Assembly (NCBI RefSeq): GCF_006345805.1
Contig: NW_021833928.1
Span: forward strand, 1-55,086
Direction: 5' to 3'
Source of the DNA: Octopus sinensis
Lineage: Eukaryota
Length of the DNA: 55,086 bases
The translations under genes were made by a program, and so were the position numbers. This document shows positions 1-11,769 of the stretch, one piece after another. Below the pieces are notes generated by a model. It searched no databases, was not told the DNA's origin, and saw only the letters and a list, made by a program, of their open reading frames with translations. Each line of letters opens with the position of its first letter. Position 1 is the first letter of the stretch.

Positions 1-224
1 ATACATACATATATATATATAATTCATTTCTCTTGTTTAATGCTTCGGTTTTACCGATAAAACATAGTGTTTGTCAATTTTAACCCACGCTTGTGGAAAG
101 GGGAGAGCAGAAATTCTTCGCTTGCATATTTTGAATTTGATAGCACTTTTAGTTCGAGCAGAATTCTAGAGGTGATAAGAAGCCAAAAGGGTATGCTCCA
201 CTTTCAGTGTTCCCAAATCCGAAT

Positions 225-296
225 CAAGGAGTTCTGAGCTGACGAAAGAAATGTCGATTTGACTAATCTAGAAACGTACGTTCTCAATAACCTTTG
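225..296 (+). ncRNA. Type I hammerhead ribozyme, array 1 copy 1
   Basis: TGAG-CTGACGA(239-245)-stem II (AGA..GTCG ATT TGAC..TCT)-GAA-ACGTACGT palindrome-T (GUU site at 282)-CTCA. Distal stem I AAGG/CCTT. Confidence 0.8.
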
Positions 297-778
297 CACT
301 TGATTTTTTAATGTTTTTTTCCCCCATACCTTTTGTGAGTTGGTTTGAGCAAACACTATCTGAGAGAGATCTTCTTTAAGTATTAGAAATAGCTAAAGAA
401 ATTTCTTAGCTGCTATCTAATGAGTTCAGTATGTGGCAAAGTAATTTATTTTACTAAGCCCTTATATATAATGTAATATTTTGAATCGCCTAAAATGGTC
501 CCTTTACATACTGAATACTTGGTGAAATTGATTAATATTAATTATTATTTTACCCTCAATTGTTGAAATTATAATTCATTTCTCTCTGTTTAATGCTTCG
601 GTTTTACCGATAAAACATAGTGTTTGTCAATTTTAACCCCGCTGGTGGAAAGGGGAGAGCAGAAATTCTTCGCTTGCATATTTTGAATTTGATAGCACTT
701 TTAGTTCGAGCAGAATTCTAGAGGTGATAAGAAGCCAAAAGGGTATGCCTCCCACTTTCAGTGTTCCCAAATCCGAAT

Positions 779-850
779 CAAGGAGTTCTGAGCTGACGAA
801 AGAAATGGATTTTGACTAATCTAGAAACGTACGTTCTCAAATAACCTTTG
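779..850 (+). ncRNA. Type I hammerhead ribozyme, array 1 copy 2
   Basis: CTGACGA 793-799, GAAAC 824-828, GTAC loop, GUU 833-835, CTCA pairs with TGAG. Confidence 0.78.
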
Positions 851-1331
851 CACTTGATTTTTTAATTTTTTTTCCCCCATCCCTTTGTGAGTTGGTTTGA
901 GCAAACACTATCTGAGAGAGATCTTCTTTAAGTATTAGAAATAGCTAAAGAAATTACTTTAGCTGCTATTTCTAATGAGTTCAGTATGTGGCAAGTAATT
1001 TATTTTACTAAGCCCTTATATATAATGTATATTTTGAATTCGCCTAAATGGTCCCTTTACATACTGAATACTTGGTGAAATTGATTAATAATTAATTAAT
1101 TTTACCCTCAATTGTTGAAATTATAATTCATTTCTCTCTGTTTAATGCTTCGGTTTTACCGATAAAACATAGTGTTTGTCAATTTTAACCCACGCTGGTG
1201 GAAAGGGGAAGCAGAAATTCTTCGCTTGCATATTTTGAATTTGATAGCACTTTTGTATTTCGAGCAGAATTCTAGAGGTGAAAGAAGCCAAAAGGTGTAT
1301 GCTCCCACTTTCAGTGTTCCCAAATCCGAAT

Positions 1332-1400
1332 CAGGAGTTCTGAGCTGACGAAAGAAATGTCGATTGACTATCTAGAACGTACGTTCTCAAATAACCTTTG
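1332..1400 (+). ncRNA. Type I hammerhead ribozyme, array 1 copy 3 (GAAA reads GAA; decay or sequencing indel)
   Basis: CTGACGA 1345-1351, GAACGTACGTT-CTCA. One core A is missing relative to copies 1 and 2. Confidence 0.65.
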
Positions 1401-1766
1401 CACTTGATTTTTAAAACGTTTTTTCCCCCATACCTTTTGTGAGTTGGTTTGAGCAAACACTATCTGAGAGAGATCTTCTTTAAGTATTAGAAATAGCTAA
1501 GAAATTTCTTTAGCTGCTATTTCTAATGAGTTCAGTATGTGGCAAAGTAATTTATTTTACTAAGCCCTTAATATATAATATATATATAATATATAATAAT
1601 ATATAATATATATATATATATATCTATAATATATATATATATATATATACACCGAACTATGGTAAGGATTATTCAATCATAACATTTGAAATAATACTTA
1701 TTATCACACCATGGAGATATTCTTAGTATGGTGGTGGTGTTGGTCATGGTGACGATGATGATGATA

Positions 1767-1805
<39 letters not shown>

Positions 1806-2124
1806 GTGGTGATGATGATAAGGTCGATGACGAGGCTGATGACGAATGATGACGATGGCACCGGCAAGCGGTGGATAAACTTCCGGTGCGATATGCTTCC
1901 GGTGTTTACAGTCTCGTGACATCTAGGGAATTTCACGAATCTTATCAGAATAATAATTATAATAATATAAAAAATTAGCATACAGCTGCTTTGTATCGTT
2001 TTTGTTTGTAGTTGTTTACTTTCAAATCATGTTTAATATGTATTGTGATGTGTTGTTTACATATGTGTGTGCGTGTATATAAATATATGTATGTACACAC
2101 ACTAATACTATGCATACATACATA

Positions 2125-2224
<100 letters not shown>

Positions 2225-2849
2225 CACACCACATATATACACATACACATACACAGATACGTTGATATAATTTATGCACATACACAAATATCCCTAAATG
2301 TCTGTATATATATTATATATATATATATACATACATGCAGATATACCAACATATATATATAATATATATATATACTTTCGTTCATATGCACACGGACATA
2401 AGGTTATCACACCGTCTGACGATTGTCTGGACTAATCTATATATGAAGCTACTAGTAACCATGTTCTCAGCTGTATCACGAAACACACACACACACCACA
2501 CACACAACCACACACACACACACACAACACACACACACACACACACACAACAAACTCATCAGCACTGTAGTATACGTATCAGTCATTTTGCTAAGGAACT
2601 GTTGCGTGTTCTACTCCCTAGACAACGATGTCCTACCGTTAAAATAACAGTACCCCTATTTCCTGATCTTTCGAGTCGCCCTTAGTATCTACAGCTGATA
2701 CTAAAAATTGACATACATACATACATACATACATACATACATACATACATACATACATACATACATACATACATACATACATACATACATAAATGAATAT
2801 ATGGTGAAATAATATAGAAATTTCAAACCCTTCATTTCATTCAGCACAC

Positions 2850-3347
2850 AAAGCTGAATGAAATGCAGGCAGGTTACATTGTTCCAGGAGGGAATGCAAT
2901 CCCCGAATCGAAATCGGTGCCCGACCTATGCATTGACATGAGTAGTGATGCCTCTTTCCAGGTGCATATTACTAAGTCTGTAATAAAAGGCTGGCAGCTA
3001 GCCAGATGGATCCTTAGAACTTTCAGAATGAGAGAAAAGGAATCCATGATGGTTGTCCGATGTACATTTGTCCTCAGCTGTTCAGACTACTGATCACCAA
3101 AGTGTAAAATTAATAGCAGAACTCGAAGCAATCCAGTGAAGCTACACAAAGAGATCGCCTCAATGTAACATGTCAGCTACTATAGGTGTAGGAGTGGCTG
3201 TGTGGTAAGTAGCTTGCTTACCAACCACATGGTTCCGGGTTCAGTCCCACCGCGTGGGACCTTGGGCAAGTGTCTTCTACTATAGCCTCGGGCCGACCAG
3301 AGCCTTGTGAATGGATTTGGTAGACGGAAACTGAAAGAAGCCTGGTC

Positions 3348-3390
<43 letters not shown>

Positions 3391-3391
3391 G

Positions 3392-3422
<31 letters not shown>

Positions 3423-4175
3423 TGTGTGTGTTGTGTGTGTGTTGTGTGTGTGTGTGTGTATGTTTGTGTGTCTGTGTTTGTCCCCCCAACATCGCTTGAC
3501 AACCGATGCTGGTGTGTTTACGTCCCCATAGCTTAGCGGTTCGACAAAAGAGACCGTAGAGAATAAATACTAGGCTTTCAAAGAAAAAGTCCTGGGGTCG
3601 AAATGCTCGACTAAAGGCGGTGCTCCAAGCATGGCCACAGTCAAATGACTGAAACAAGTAAAAGAATAAAGGAGTACTGGGAGAAGCTGAAAAAAGGTGG
3701 AAAGATATGCAATAATATAAATCTGGAAAATCGTGTAAGAACTTGTACCAAACTTTGAAATTGAAAGTTATACGTGTTCGAGTATGGCCGCAGTCAAGTG
3801 ACTGGAACTAGTAAAAGAATAAAAAAAATATACAGCAAATCAGCCTCTGCATAGTGCCAAAGATCCCACAATTGCCATCAAGATACAGGACCAGATACTG
3901 TAACAGCGTGGGTTTTAAGGTCTTCAATATCATCTCCGAAAGTAAGGTATACCTACGTTGGGTGGATGTAGGCGTCTTCAAAACAACACTGGGTCTCCTT
4001 CTGTCAAGAGTCCCAGGTGGACCTACCTCACGGGAGGAAACTCAGATGGGGACAGCAACATCAAACTCCCTCATTCACCAAATGTCACATACCAGAAGTT
4101 TCAAGTAGTAAAAGTGCAGCAAAGCTAACAGCAGTGCTCCAGCCTGGCCGCAGCTGAAGCTAGTAAAGGAAAATA
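2850..4175 (+). mobile_element. CR1/L2-like LINE 3' fragment (RT C-terminal region plus 3' tail), interrupted by a SINE at 3185-3670
   Basis: Degraded frames IPESKSVPDLCIDMSSDASFQVHI..GWQLARWILRTF..VLSCSDY and PSRYRTRYCNSVGFK..VDVGVFKT.L.LLLSRVP..PT resemble CR1/L2-clade ORF2 C-termini (recognised by eye). Confidence 0.7.
3185..3670 (+). mobile_element. tRNA-derived SINE, family A, full length with internal (TA)n(TG)n
   Basis: Head GGAGTGGCTGTGTGGTAAG..GGTTCAGTCC (A/B box-like), core CCTTGGGCAAGTGTCTTCTACTATAGC, tail GGCGGTGCTCCA(A)GCATGGCC.CAGTC..TGAAACAAGTAAAAGA. Many homologues in the window. Confidence 0.85.
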
Positions 4176-4177
4176 GA

Positions 4178-4380
4178 TGGTAGTAGATGGTAGTGGAATA
4201 GTATTTAACTGCTATTTCTAAATTTCGGTATGTGGTGAGGCAATTTTTGCTGAACCCTAATTATAATTATGATTATAATTATAGAATTTTTGTATAAGGT
4301 TACCGATAATGGTTCTTTTAACATACCGAATTACTAACTATTAATTATTAATTGATTAATTAATTTTATCCTTTATTATT
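4178..4380 (+). repeat. Dispersed relic related to the downstream half of the 552-bp hammerhead unit
   Basis: Shares CTGCTATTTCTAA, GTATGTGG, AATGGT.C.TT.ACATAC.GAA and ATTAATTAATTTTA.C.T with the unit. A second copy is inverted at 38762-38978. Confidence 0.6.
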
Positions 4381-4451
4381 ATATGTACACACATATAGAC
4401 ACACATATATTATGTGTGCGTGTGTGTGTTGGCTTGTTGGCGAAGAGATCG

Positions 4452-4496
<45 letters not shown>

Positions 4497-4760
4497 TATA
4501 TATATATTGTAATCTCACTCTTTGCCAATAAGCCAACAACCGTCGACAGTGTCACTACCACCACTCTCATCTATTACACCAATACTATAAGTCAACATCA
4601 CCATCACCATCACCATCACCACTATCATAACCATCATCACCATGACTGCCCACAGTCACTTCCCAGCCGTCACCACAGACGTATCGTGCTATCATTATCA
4701 ACACGCTGGTTTGAAACTCTAACGTTTGTTTATCACTTTGTTTTGGCCGTAAATTATATT

Positions 4761-4794
<34 letters not shown>

Positions 4795-5094
4795 ACACAC
4801 ACACACACACATACACACGCTCACGCACGCATGCACACACATGCACTTCTCTGTCTGTCTGCCCTTCTTTTCTGTATGTGTGTGTGCGTATACATACATG
4901 CACACACACACACACACACACACATACATATATATGTATGTATGTGTATACAAACATATATACTTGTAATGATATGTGGCGTGTGTATATGTCTGTATGT
5001 ATATTTGTATATAACTGTCTGTATTTTTCTCTCTCTTTATATATATATAATATATATATATATTATATATATATATATATATCTATATCTATAT

Positions 5095-5148
<54 letters not shown>

Positions 5149-5672
5149 GTATATATATATATATATATGATATATAATATGTATATATATTATATATATA
5201 TATATAATATATATACATATATATATATATACATATATATATATGTATGCATGTAGTGAGAGAGAGAGAAAGAAAGATAGAGAGAGAGGAACAGATAAAT
5301 AGATAGGTATGTCGCGAGATGTTGTTATGTATATCTTATTCGATATTTTTGGTATGTTATACATGTCGTATCCCACCTCTCGTTCTTTTATTGGTTTACT
5401 TCTCCATAAATCACTTCTCTGACATCACACAGCATAACCTTTCTCTCGTCCCTCTTCCTTCCTTCCCCCTCTCTCCCTCTATCTCCCTCTGTGTGTGTGT
5501 GTCCACGTCTGTGTGCATGTGTGTGTCTGTGTGTGTGTACTCTATACTTAAGCGTGTGGCATAACGATGTAATAATGGGTGTCTAAATTGTGTTTGTTCA
5601 TATACCTTCAAGTACACACACACACATACACATACACACACATACAATCACACACATATAGATAGATAGATA

Positions 5673-5704
<32 letters not shown>

Positions 5705-5787
5705 GTAGATTGGTAGGTAGAAGATAAAACTTACTTGGAAGAGGCTGCGTGGCGTTCACTCATATAATAATATAAATTATATATATG

Positions 5788-5823
<36 letters not shown>

Positions 5824-5887
5824 TAGATAAACTTAGATATGTTCGACCAAAGATTGGTCCAGGCCATGTCTAACTTAATAGCACCAT

Positions 5888-5999
<112 letters not shown>

Positions 6000-6249
6000 T
6001 ATATATATGCATATATATATATATATATGCATATATGTATGTGTAGAATTGGTACGGTTCTGAACTGAGTACCGTACTGCTTTCATATGTAGTGAATTGT
6101 CTCGATATAGTCTCTGTATATTTACGCTCTCAGAAACGAGGCTTTCTGATGCCTTCCAGCAAGAGCTACGGGCAGCAAAGTACGTTTCGTCGCAAGAAAA
6201 AGGACGTTTAGTCGCTGACAAACGAGATTAGAAATCTCTGTGCAATCAA

Positions 6250-7320
6250 TTGCGTGCAGTGTAGGCCCACCATTCTCCGTCTTTGAACCTCTGCGAGCAA
6301 AGGCAGGTAATTCACTGCTGTGCAAGCGAGACGAAATCAAAGCCAGCGACCGGTAGTTTCTTGGCGATGTCTTGAACTGTGAGGCTGTAGCAAATCCTGC
6401 TACAATCGAAGGTCTGTGATTCAACAGCTTGATAATCCACCGGGTTGATGATCCAACCCTTAATAATGAAATAATGGTAGCTGTAATATTGATGAACACC
6501 GGGAAAGCTCTTGGCAATCGTGGCATAGTAGTTGAACTGGTTCAGAAAGGTGTTGATGAGACACTGGGGCTTTTATTTATCATATTTCACATAGTGTGGA
6601 CAAGAGGCGAAATCCCACAAGAGTGGAGAGAAGCCTTTCTCGGTTCTTTGTATAAGAAAGGCATATGTAATTACTAACATAGGATTTCCTTGTTGTCAAT
6701 TGTTGGAAAAACCTTTGTAAGGATACTTTTCAATCGGTTGTTGGTTCATGTTGCACCAGACATTCTTCTCGAATCACAACGTGGTTTTCGATAAAATCGA
6801 GGTAGAAAATCTTTCGGCTCAACAGGTTCAAGACAAGCCCAGAGAACAACAATCTGACCCGTACAAGTGTTACATTAATTTTACCAACACTACATTGGTG
6901 AGTCCTTCTCAAGTTGGGGTATCCGGAAAAGTCGATAGGTGTCTTTCAATCTCTTTGTGGTAACATGAAAGTAACGGCGCACTACCGGAATCCATCTTAG
7001 TTTGAATCTAGTGTTAAACAGGGTGATCACCTGTTTCCTATATTGTTCGCCATATTTGTTATTGTTAATTTGCATGCCTTGCGCATTGTGAAGTCGGTAT
7101 CAACATCCGTTACCGCACAACAGGAGAGCTTTTCAACATCCGTCGTTTTACTACAGATAAAAAAAATTGTCCTGACTCTCATTCATAATCTCCTTTACGT
7201 TGCTGTTTGCAATCTCATAACCTACTCTGAGGAAAATACGCAGCTCCTGACGGACTGTTTCTCAGTTGCGTGGGAAGAGTTCGGACTTTCAGTCAGTCTT
7301 CAGAAGACTATGGTACAAAC
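6250..7320 (+). mobile_element. RTE-clade LINE reverse-transcriptase fragment, degraded
   Basis: Broken frames: YKKG.CNY..ISLLSIVGKTFVRILFNRL, PDILLESQRGFR, QDKPREQQSDPY.CYINFT, VKQGDHLFPILFAI, EEFGLSVSLQKT. Confidence 0.8.
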
Positions 7321-7633
7321 GTATACTTGTACAGACATACACATATAGCTACATACATTCACGCAAATATATACATATATTCATACAAGGAGACATACAT
7401 ATACAGATAGATAAATTCTTACATATGCACATGTATGCATATATACCAACATACATATGTAATACGTACAAACATATATACAGACATACGTACATGTATA
7501 CTAACATACCCACACAAGTGCTTACATACACCATTCATTAATTCATTCATTCAAACGTACCTGCACACGCCCACACGCTTACAAATGCATACATACATAC
7601 ATACATACATAAATAAATACAAACAGGCATATA

Positions 7634-7672
<39 letters not shown>

Positions 7673-8149
7673 TATATATGTATGTATATATGTATGCATA
7701 GCTACATGTCACATATCCGTAGGAGACATTACGCATGTATCAACAGCTGGCCCAAGTATCATAAAAAAGCATCTTTCAATGCAACATGATATTATACGTA
7801 AAACAATATACAGTATTTTTCTTATTAAAAGACTGCCCTAGGATAGATAAAACAACATACTAACGTGTGTACATTAATGTTGAGTACATTCACACATTTC
7901 ACTGCAAAGAATATTGAAGGAACATTCACATGAAAAGTTTCACAAAAATGCAAGCAAAACAGACCGTACTAAGTTGTTAGACACCGAAAACAACACATTA
8001 TGTATTGTTATAGAGGCAAGTGTATCCGATGGATGTGAACATTTCATTCAAAATCAATGAAAAAAGAAAACAGAAAAAGGAAAAATGAACATTATGGACA
8101 ACTGATTCGAAACCATCAACTTTGTGTCCACAATCATTATCATACAGTG

Positions 8150-8480
8150 TTACGAAGATATTCTTTTCTACTCTAGGCACAAGATCCGAAATTTTGGGGG
8201 AGGGGTCCAGTGGATCAGATGGACCTCAGTAGGCAACTGGTACTTAGTTTATCCCTTGGCAGAATTTGAACTAGGCCGTAGCGGCAGACGAAATACCTAT
8301 TTCTTTACTACCCACAAGGGGCTAAATACAGAGAGGACAAACAAGGACGACAGTGCGCAACTGGTACTTATTTAATCGACCCCGAAAGGATAAAAGGCAA
8401 AGTCGACCTCGGCGGAATTTGAACTCAAAAGATAAACACAGACGGAATACCACTAAGCATTTCGCCCGGCGTGCTAACGC
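8150..8480 (-). mobile_element. tRNA-derived SINE family B fragments
   Basis: Reverse complement of the GAGTTCAAATTCCGCCGAGGTCGACTTTGCCTTT.ATCCTTTCGGGGTCGAT core also seen at 23761, 51618 and 51897. Confidence 0.75.
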
Positions 8481-8499
8481 TTCTGTCAGCTCGCTGTCC

Positions 8500-8925
8500 T
8501 AGTGTTACAAAGATATCATTTATCATTTATCTTTTACTTGTTTCAGCCACTGGACTGTGGCCTTACTGGGGCACAGCCTTGAAGGGTTTGGTCAAACAAA
8601 TCGACGCCGGTCCTTATTTTCAAGTCTGGTACTTAGTCTATCAATCCTTTTTGCCGAACCGCTTGTATTACGGGGGATGTTGACAAACAATCACTGGTTG
8701 TGAAGCGGTTGGCAGGAACAAACAAACATAAATTAATAAATAGACTGACAGACAGACAGACATACACACACGCACATAAACACAACCACACATGCGACGG
8801 GCTTCAACTCAGTTTCCGTTTACCTAATTCACTCGCAAGGATTTGATCAGGCAGGGGTTATTGTAACAGATACTTGCTCGAGGTACTGCGCAGTGGAACT
8901 GAACTCAAAACGCTAGGTTCCAAAG
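8500..8925 (-). mobile_element. SINE family A, diverged copy
   Basis: Reverse-complement homology to 3185-3670 from tail to head. Confidence 0.7.
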
Positions 8926-10002
8926 CACAAAGCCCTATTACTAAAAGAAAAAAACCTTGAAAAATTTAGGCAATCATGCAAAGTCGAAGTCCATCATATT
9001 CTTCAAAGTAATAAAAAAATTCCTGTTGGTGGAACACGGAAAATATGCAAGAATTTTCTAAATCTAAGCAAGCAAACCAGTATTGTTGTTAATAGTTATA
9101 TTCCAAGACCGGAACTTTGTTTCTTGATTAGAAACCAATCGTCCTAAGGATTTAAGTCATAAACAAACATGAGCCTTAAACTACATACTCCCTTTCATGG
9201 ACCGTTTTTGGTATTTTAAATGCCGGATCACGTTCCAACACATCTTTAAACATGAAACTCATCATGCACTGGGATTCACCATTTTATATATATATATATA
9301 TATAATTTCAACAATTGAGGGTAAAATTAATTAATTAATTAATCAATTTCACCAAGTATTCAGTATGCAAAGGGACCATTTAAGGCAAATTCAAATTATT
9401 ACATTATATAAAAGGGCTTAGTAAAATAAATTACTTTGCCGCATACTGAACTCGTTAGAAATAGCAGCTAAAAAAACTATTTCTAACACTTAAAGAAAAC
9501 CTCTCTCATATAGTGCTTGCTCATTCAACCCAAGAAAGTATGAGGGTAGAGACATTAAAAAATCATGGGTTGAATTGAGCAAGCACTATATGAGAGAGGT
9601 TTTCTTTAAGTGTTAGAAATATTTTTTTTAGCTGCTATTTCTAACGAGTTCAGTATGCGGCAAGTAATTTATTTTACTAAGCCCTTTTATATAATGTAAT
9701 AATTTGAATTTGCCTTAAATGGTCCCTTTGCATACTGAATACTTGGTGAAATTGATTAATTAATTAATTAATTTTACCCTCAATTGTTAAATTATAATTC
9801 ATCTCTCTCTACTTAATTGTCTTGGATTTTACCGAAAAAAAGCATAGTGTTTGCTGATTTTAACCCACGCTGGTGGAAAGGGGAGAACAGAAATTTTTTC
9901 TTGCATATTTGAGTTAGCTAGCACTGTTAGTGGGAGCAGATCTTCAGAAGCGATAACAAGCCGAAAGGGTATGCTCCCATTTTCAGTGTTTTCAAACTCA
10001 AA

Positions 10003-10077
10003 CAAGGGCATTCTGAGCTGATGAGAGAAGGGTCGAATTTGGCTAATCTTGAAACGTACGTACTCAAATAACCTTTG
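10003..10077 (+). ncRNA. Type I hammerhead ribozyme, array 2 copy A
   Basis: CAAGGG..TGAG-CTGATGA-GAGA..GTCG AATT TGGC..TCTT-GAA-ACGTACGT-A (GUA site at 10062)-CTCA..CCTTTG. Confidence 0.85.
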
Positions 10078-10555
10078 CATTTGATTTTTTAATGTCTCTA
10101 CCCTCATACTTTCTTGGGTTGAATTGAGCAAGCACTATATGAGAGAGGTTTTCTTTAAGTGTTAGAAATAGTTTTTTTAGCTGCTATTTCTAACGAGTTC
10201 AGTATGCGGCAAAGTAATTTATTTTACTAAGCCCTTTTAATAATGTAATAATTTGAATTTGCCTTAAATGGTCCCTTTGCATACTGAATACTTGGTGAAA
10301 TTGATTAATTAATTAATTAATTTTACCCTCAATTGTTGAAATTATATTCATCTCTCTCTACTTAATTGTCTTGGATTTTACCGAAAAAAAGCATAGTGTT
10401 TGTGCTGATTTTAACCCACGCTGGTGGAAAGGGGAGAACAGAAATTTTTCTCTTGCATATTTGAGTTAGCTAGCACTGTTAGTTGGGAGCAGATCTTCAG
10501 AAGCGATAACAAGCCGAAAGGGTATGCTCCCATTTTCAGTGTTTTCAAACTCAAA

Positions 10556-10630
10556 CAAGGGCATTCTGAGCTGATGAGAGAAGGGTCGAATTTGGCTAAT
10601 CTTGAAACGTACGTACTCAAATAACCTTTG
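10556..10630 (+). ncRNA. Type I hammerhead ribozyme, array 2 copy B
   Basis: CTGATGA 10571-10577, GAAAC 10604-10608, GUA 10613-10615. Same stems as copy A. Confidence 0.85.
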
Positions 10631-11104
10631 CATTTGATTTTTTAATGTCTCTACCCTCATACTTTCTTGGGTTGAATTGAGCAAGCACTATATGAGAGAG
10701 GTTTTCTTTAAGTGTTAGAAATAGTTTTTTTAGCTGCTATTTCTAACGAGTTCAGTATGCGGCAAAGTAATTTTTTTACTAAGCCTTTTATATAATGTAA
10801 TAATTTGAATTTGCCTTAAATGGTCCCTTTGCATACTGAATACTTGTGAAATTGATTAATTATTAATTAATTTTACCCTCAATTGTTGAAATTATAATTC
10901 ATCTCTCTCTACTTAATTGTCTTGGATTTTACCGAAAAAAAGCATAGTGTTTGCTGATTTTAACCCACGCTGGTGGAAAGGGGAGAACAGAAATTTTTCT
11001 CTTGCATATTTGAGTTAGCTAGCACTGTTAGTTGGGAGCAGATCTTCAGAAGCGATAACAAGCCGAAAGGGTATGCTCCCATTTTCAGTGTTTTCAAACT
11101 CAAA

Positions 11105-11178
11105 CAAGGCATTCTGAGCTGATGAGAGAAGGGTCGAATTTGGCTAATCTTGAAACGTACGTACTCAAATAACCTTTG
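11105..11178 (+). ncRNA. Type I hammerhead ribozyme, array 2 copy C
   Basis: CTGATGA 11119-11125, GAAAC 11152-11156, GUA 11161-11163. Confidence 0.85.
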
Positions 11179-11361
11179 CATTTGATTTTTTAATGTCTCT
11201 ACCCTCATACTTTCTTGGGTTGAATTGAGCAAGCACTATATGAGAGAGGTTTTCTTTAAGTGTTAGAAATAGTTTTTTTAGCTGCTATTTCTAACGAGTT
11301 CAGTATGCGGCAAAGTAATTATTTTACTAAGCCCTTTTATATAATATATATATATATATAA

Positions 11362-11578
11362 AGTTAATCCAAACATGAAAACACAAAGAGAAAACACAAC
11401 AACGCGAGGACTTGGAATAAGTATAGTGTTATTGGGCGGTCAGGAAAGGAATGAAAGAAGGAGGATTTAACATTTTGAGCGGAGCTCTTCGTCAGAAACA
11501 TAGGAAAAGGAAAGATCCAAGGGAGGGAAGACGGAGGAAAAAAAATCGCCAACGATACACACGCGGTACACATTTTGA
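11362..11578 (-). mobile_element. ~215-bp (TA)n-embedded element with a decayed minimal hammerhead (11465-11499); Penelope-like terminal repeat
   Basis: Homologous to 50332-50537. Minus strand GTTT-CTGACGA-A-GAGC TCC GCTC-AAA-ATGT-T-AAAT (G12 and C15.2 mutated). Confidence 0.65.
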
Positions 11579-11583
11579 ATATA

Positions 11584-11639
<56 letters not shown>

Positions 11640-11727
11640 CATGAATAGATATACACGGGTATGCACGCACGCACACACACACACACATATGCATATATGT
11701 AAATATGCACATATATACGTATATATG

Positions 11728-11769
<42 letters not shown>

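Larger units (their letters stand above)
21..1570 (+). repeat. ~552-bp tandem array 1 (~2.8 copies), each unit carrying a type I hammerhead motif; retrozyme/Penelope pLTR-like
   Basis: GCTTCGGTTTTACCGATAAAAC recurs at 42, 595 and 1147 (period 553/552). Copies differ mainly by small indels. Both ends run into (TA)n. Confidence 0.92.
9301..11345 (+). repeat. ~552-bp tandem array 2 (~3.2 forward copies, 9566-11345) preceded by an inverted partial unit (9301-9565); diverged paralog of array 1
   Basis: CTGATGA at 10018, 10571 and 11119 (period 553/548). 9301-9532 is the reverse complement of 9566-9796. Flanked by (TA)n on both sides. Confidence 0.92.

Noticed and set aside
5855-5880. Minus-strand AG|ACA TGG CCT (TWP) as MyoR exon 2
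   Set aside because: Continues GPIFGR rather than F, and lies in a short insert between TA tracts.
10430-10510. Antisense CTGAAGA...GAAAAATTTC in array 2, suggesting a minus-polarity hammerhead
   Set aside because: Stem I cannot form, and the motif is not conserved in array 1.
9829-11232. Repeated 66-100-aa ORFs in the 552-bp unit
   Set aside because: The homologous frames in array 1 contain multiple stops and frameshifts. Conservation tracks the ribozyme, not codons.
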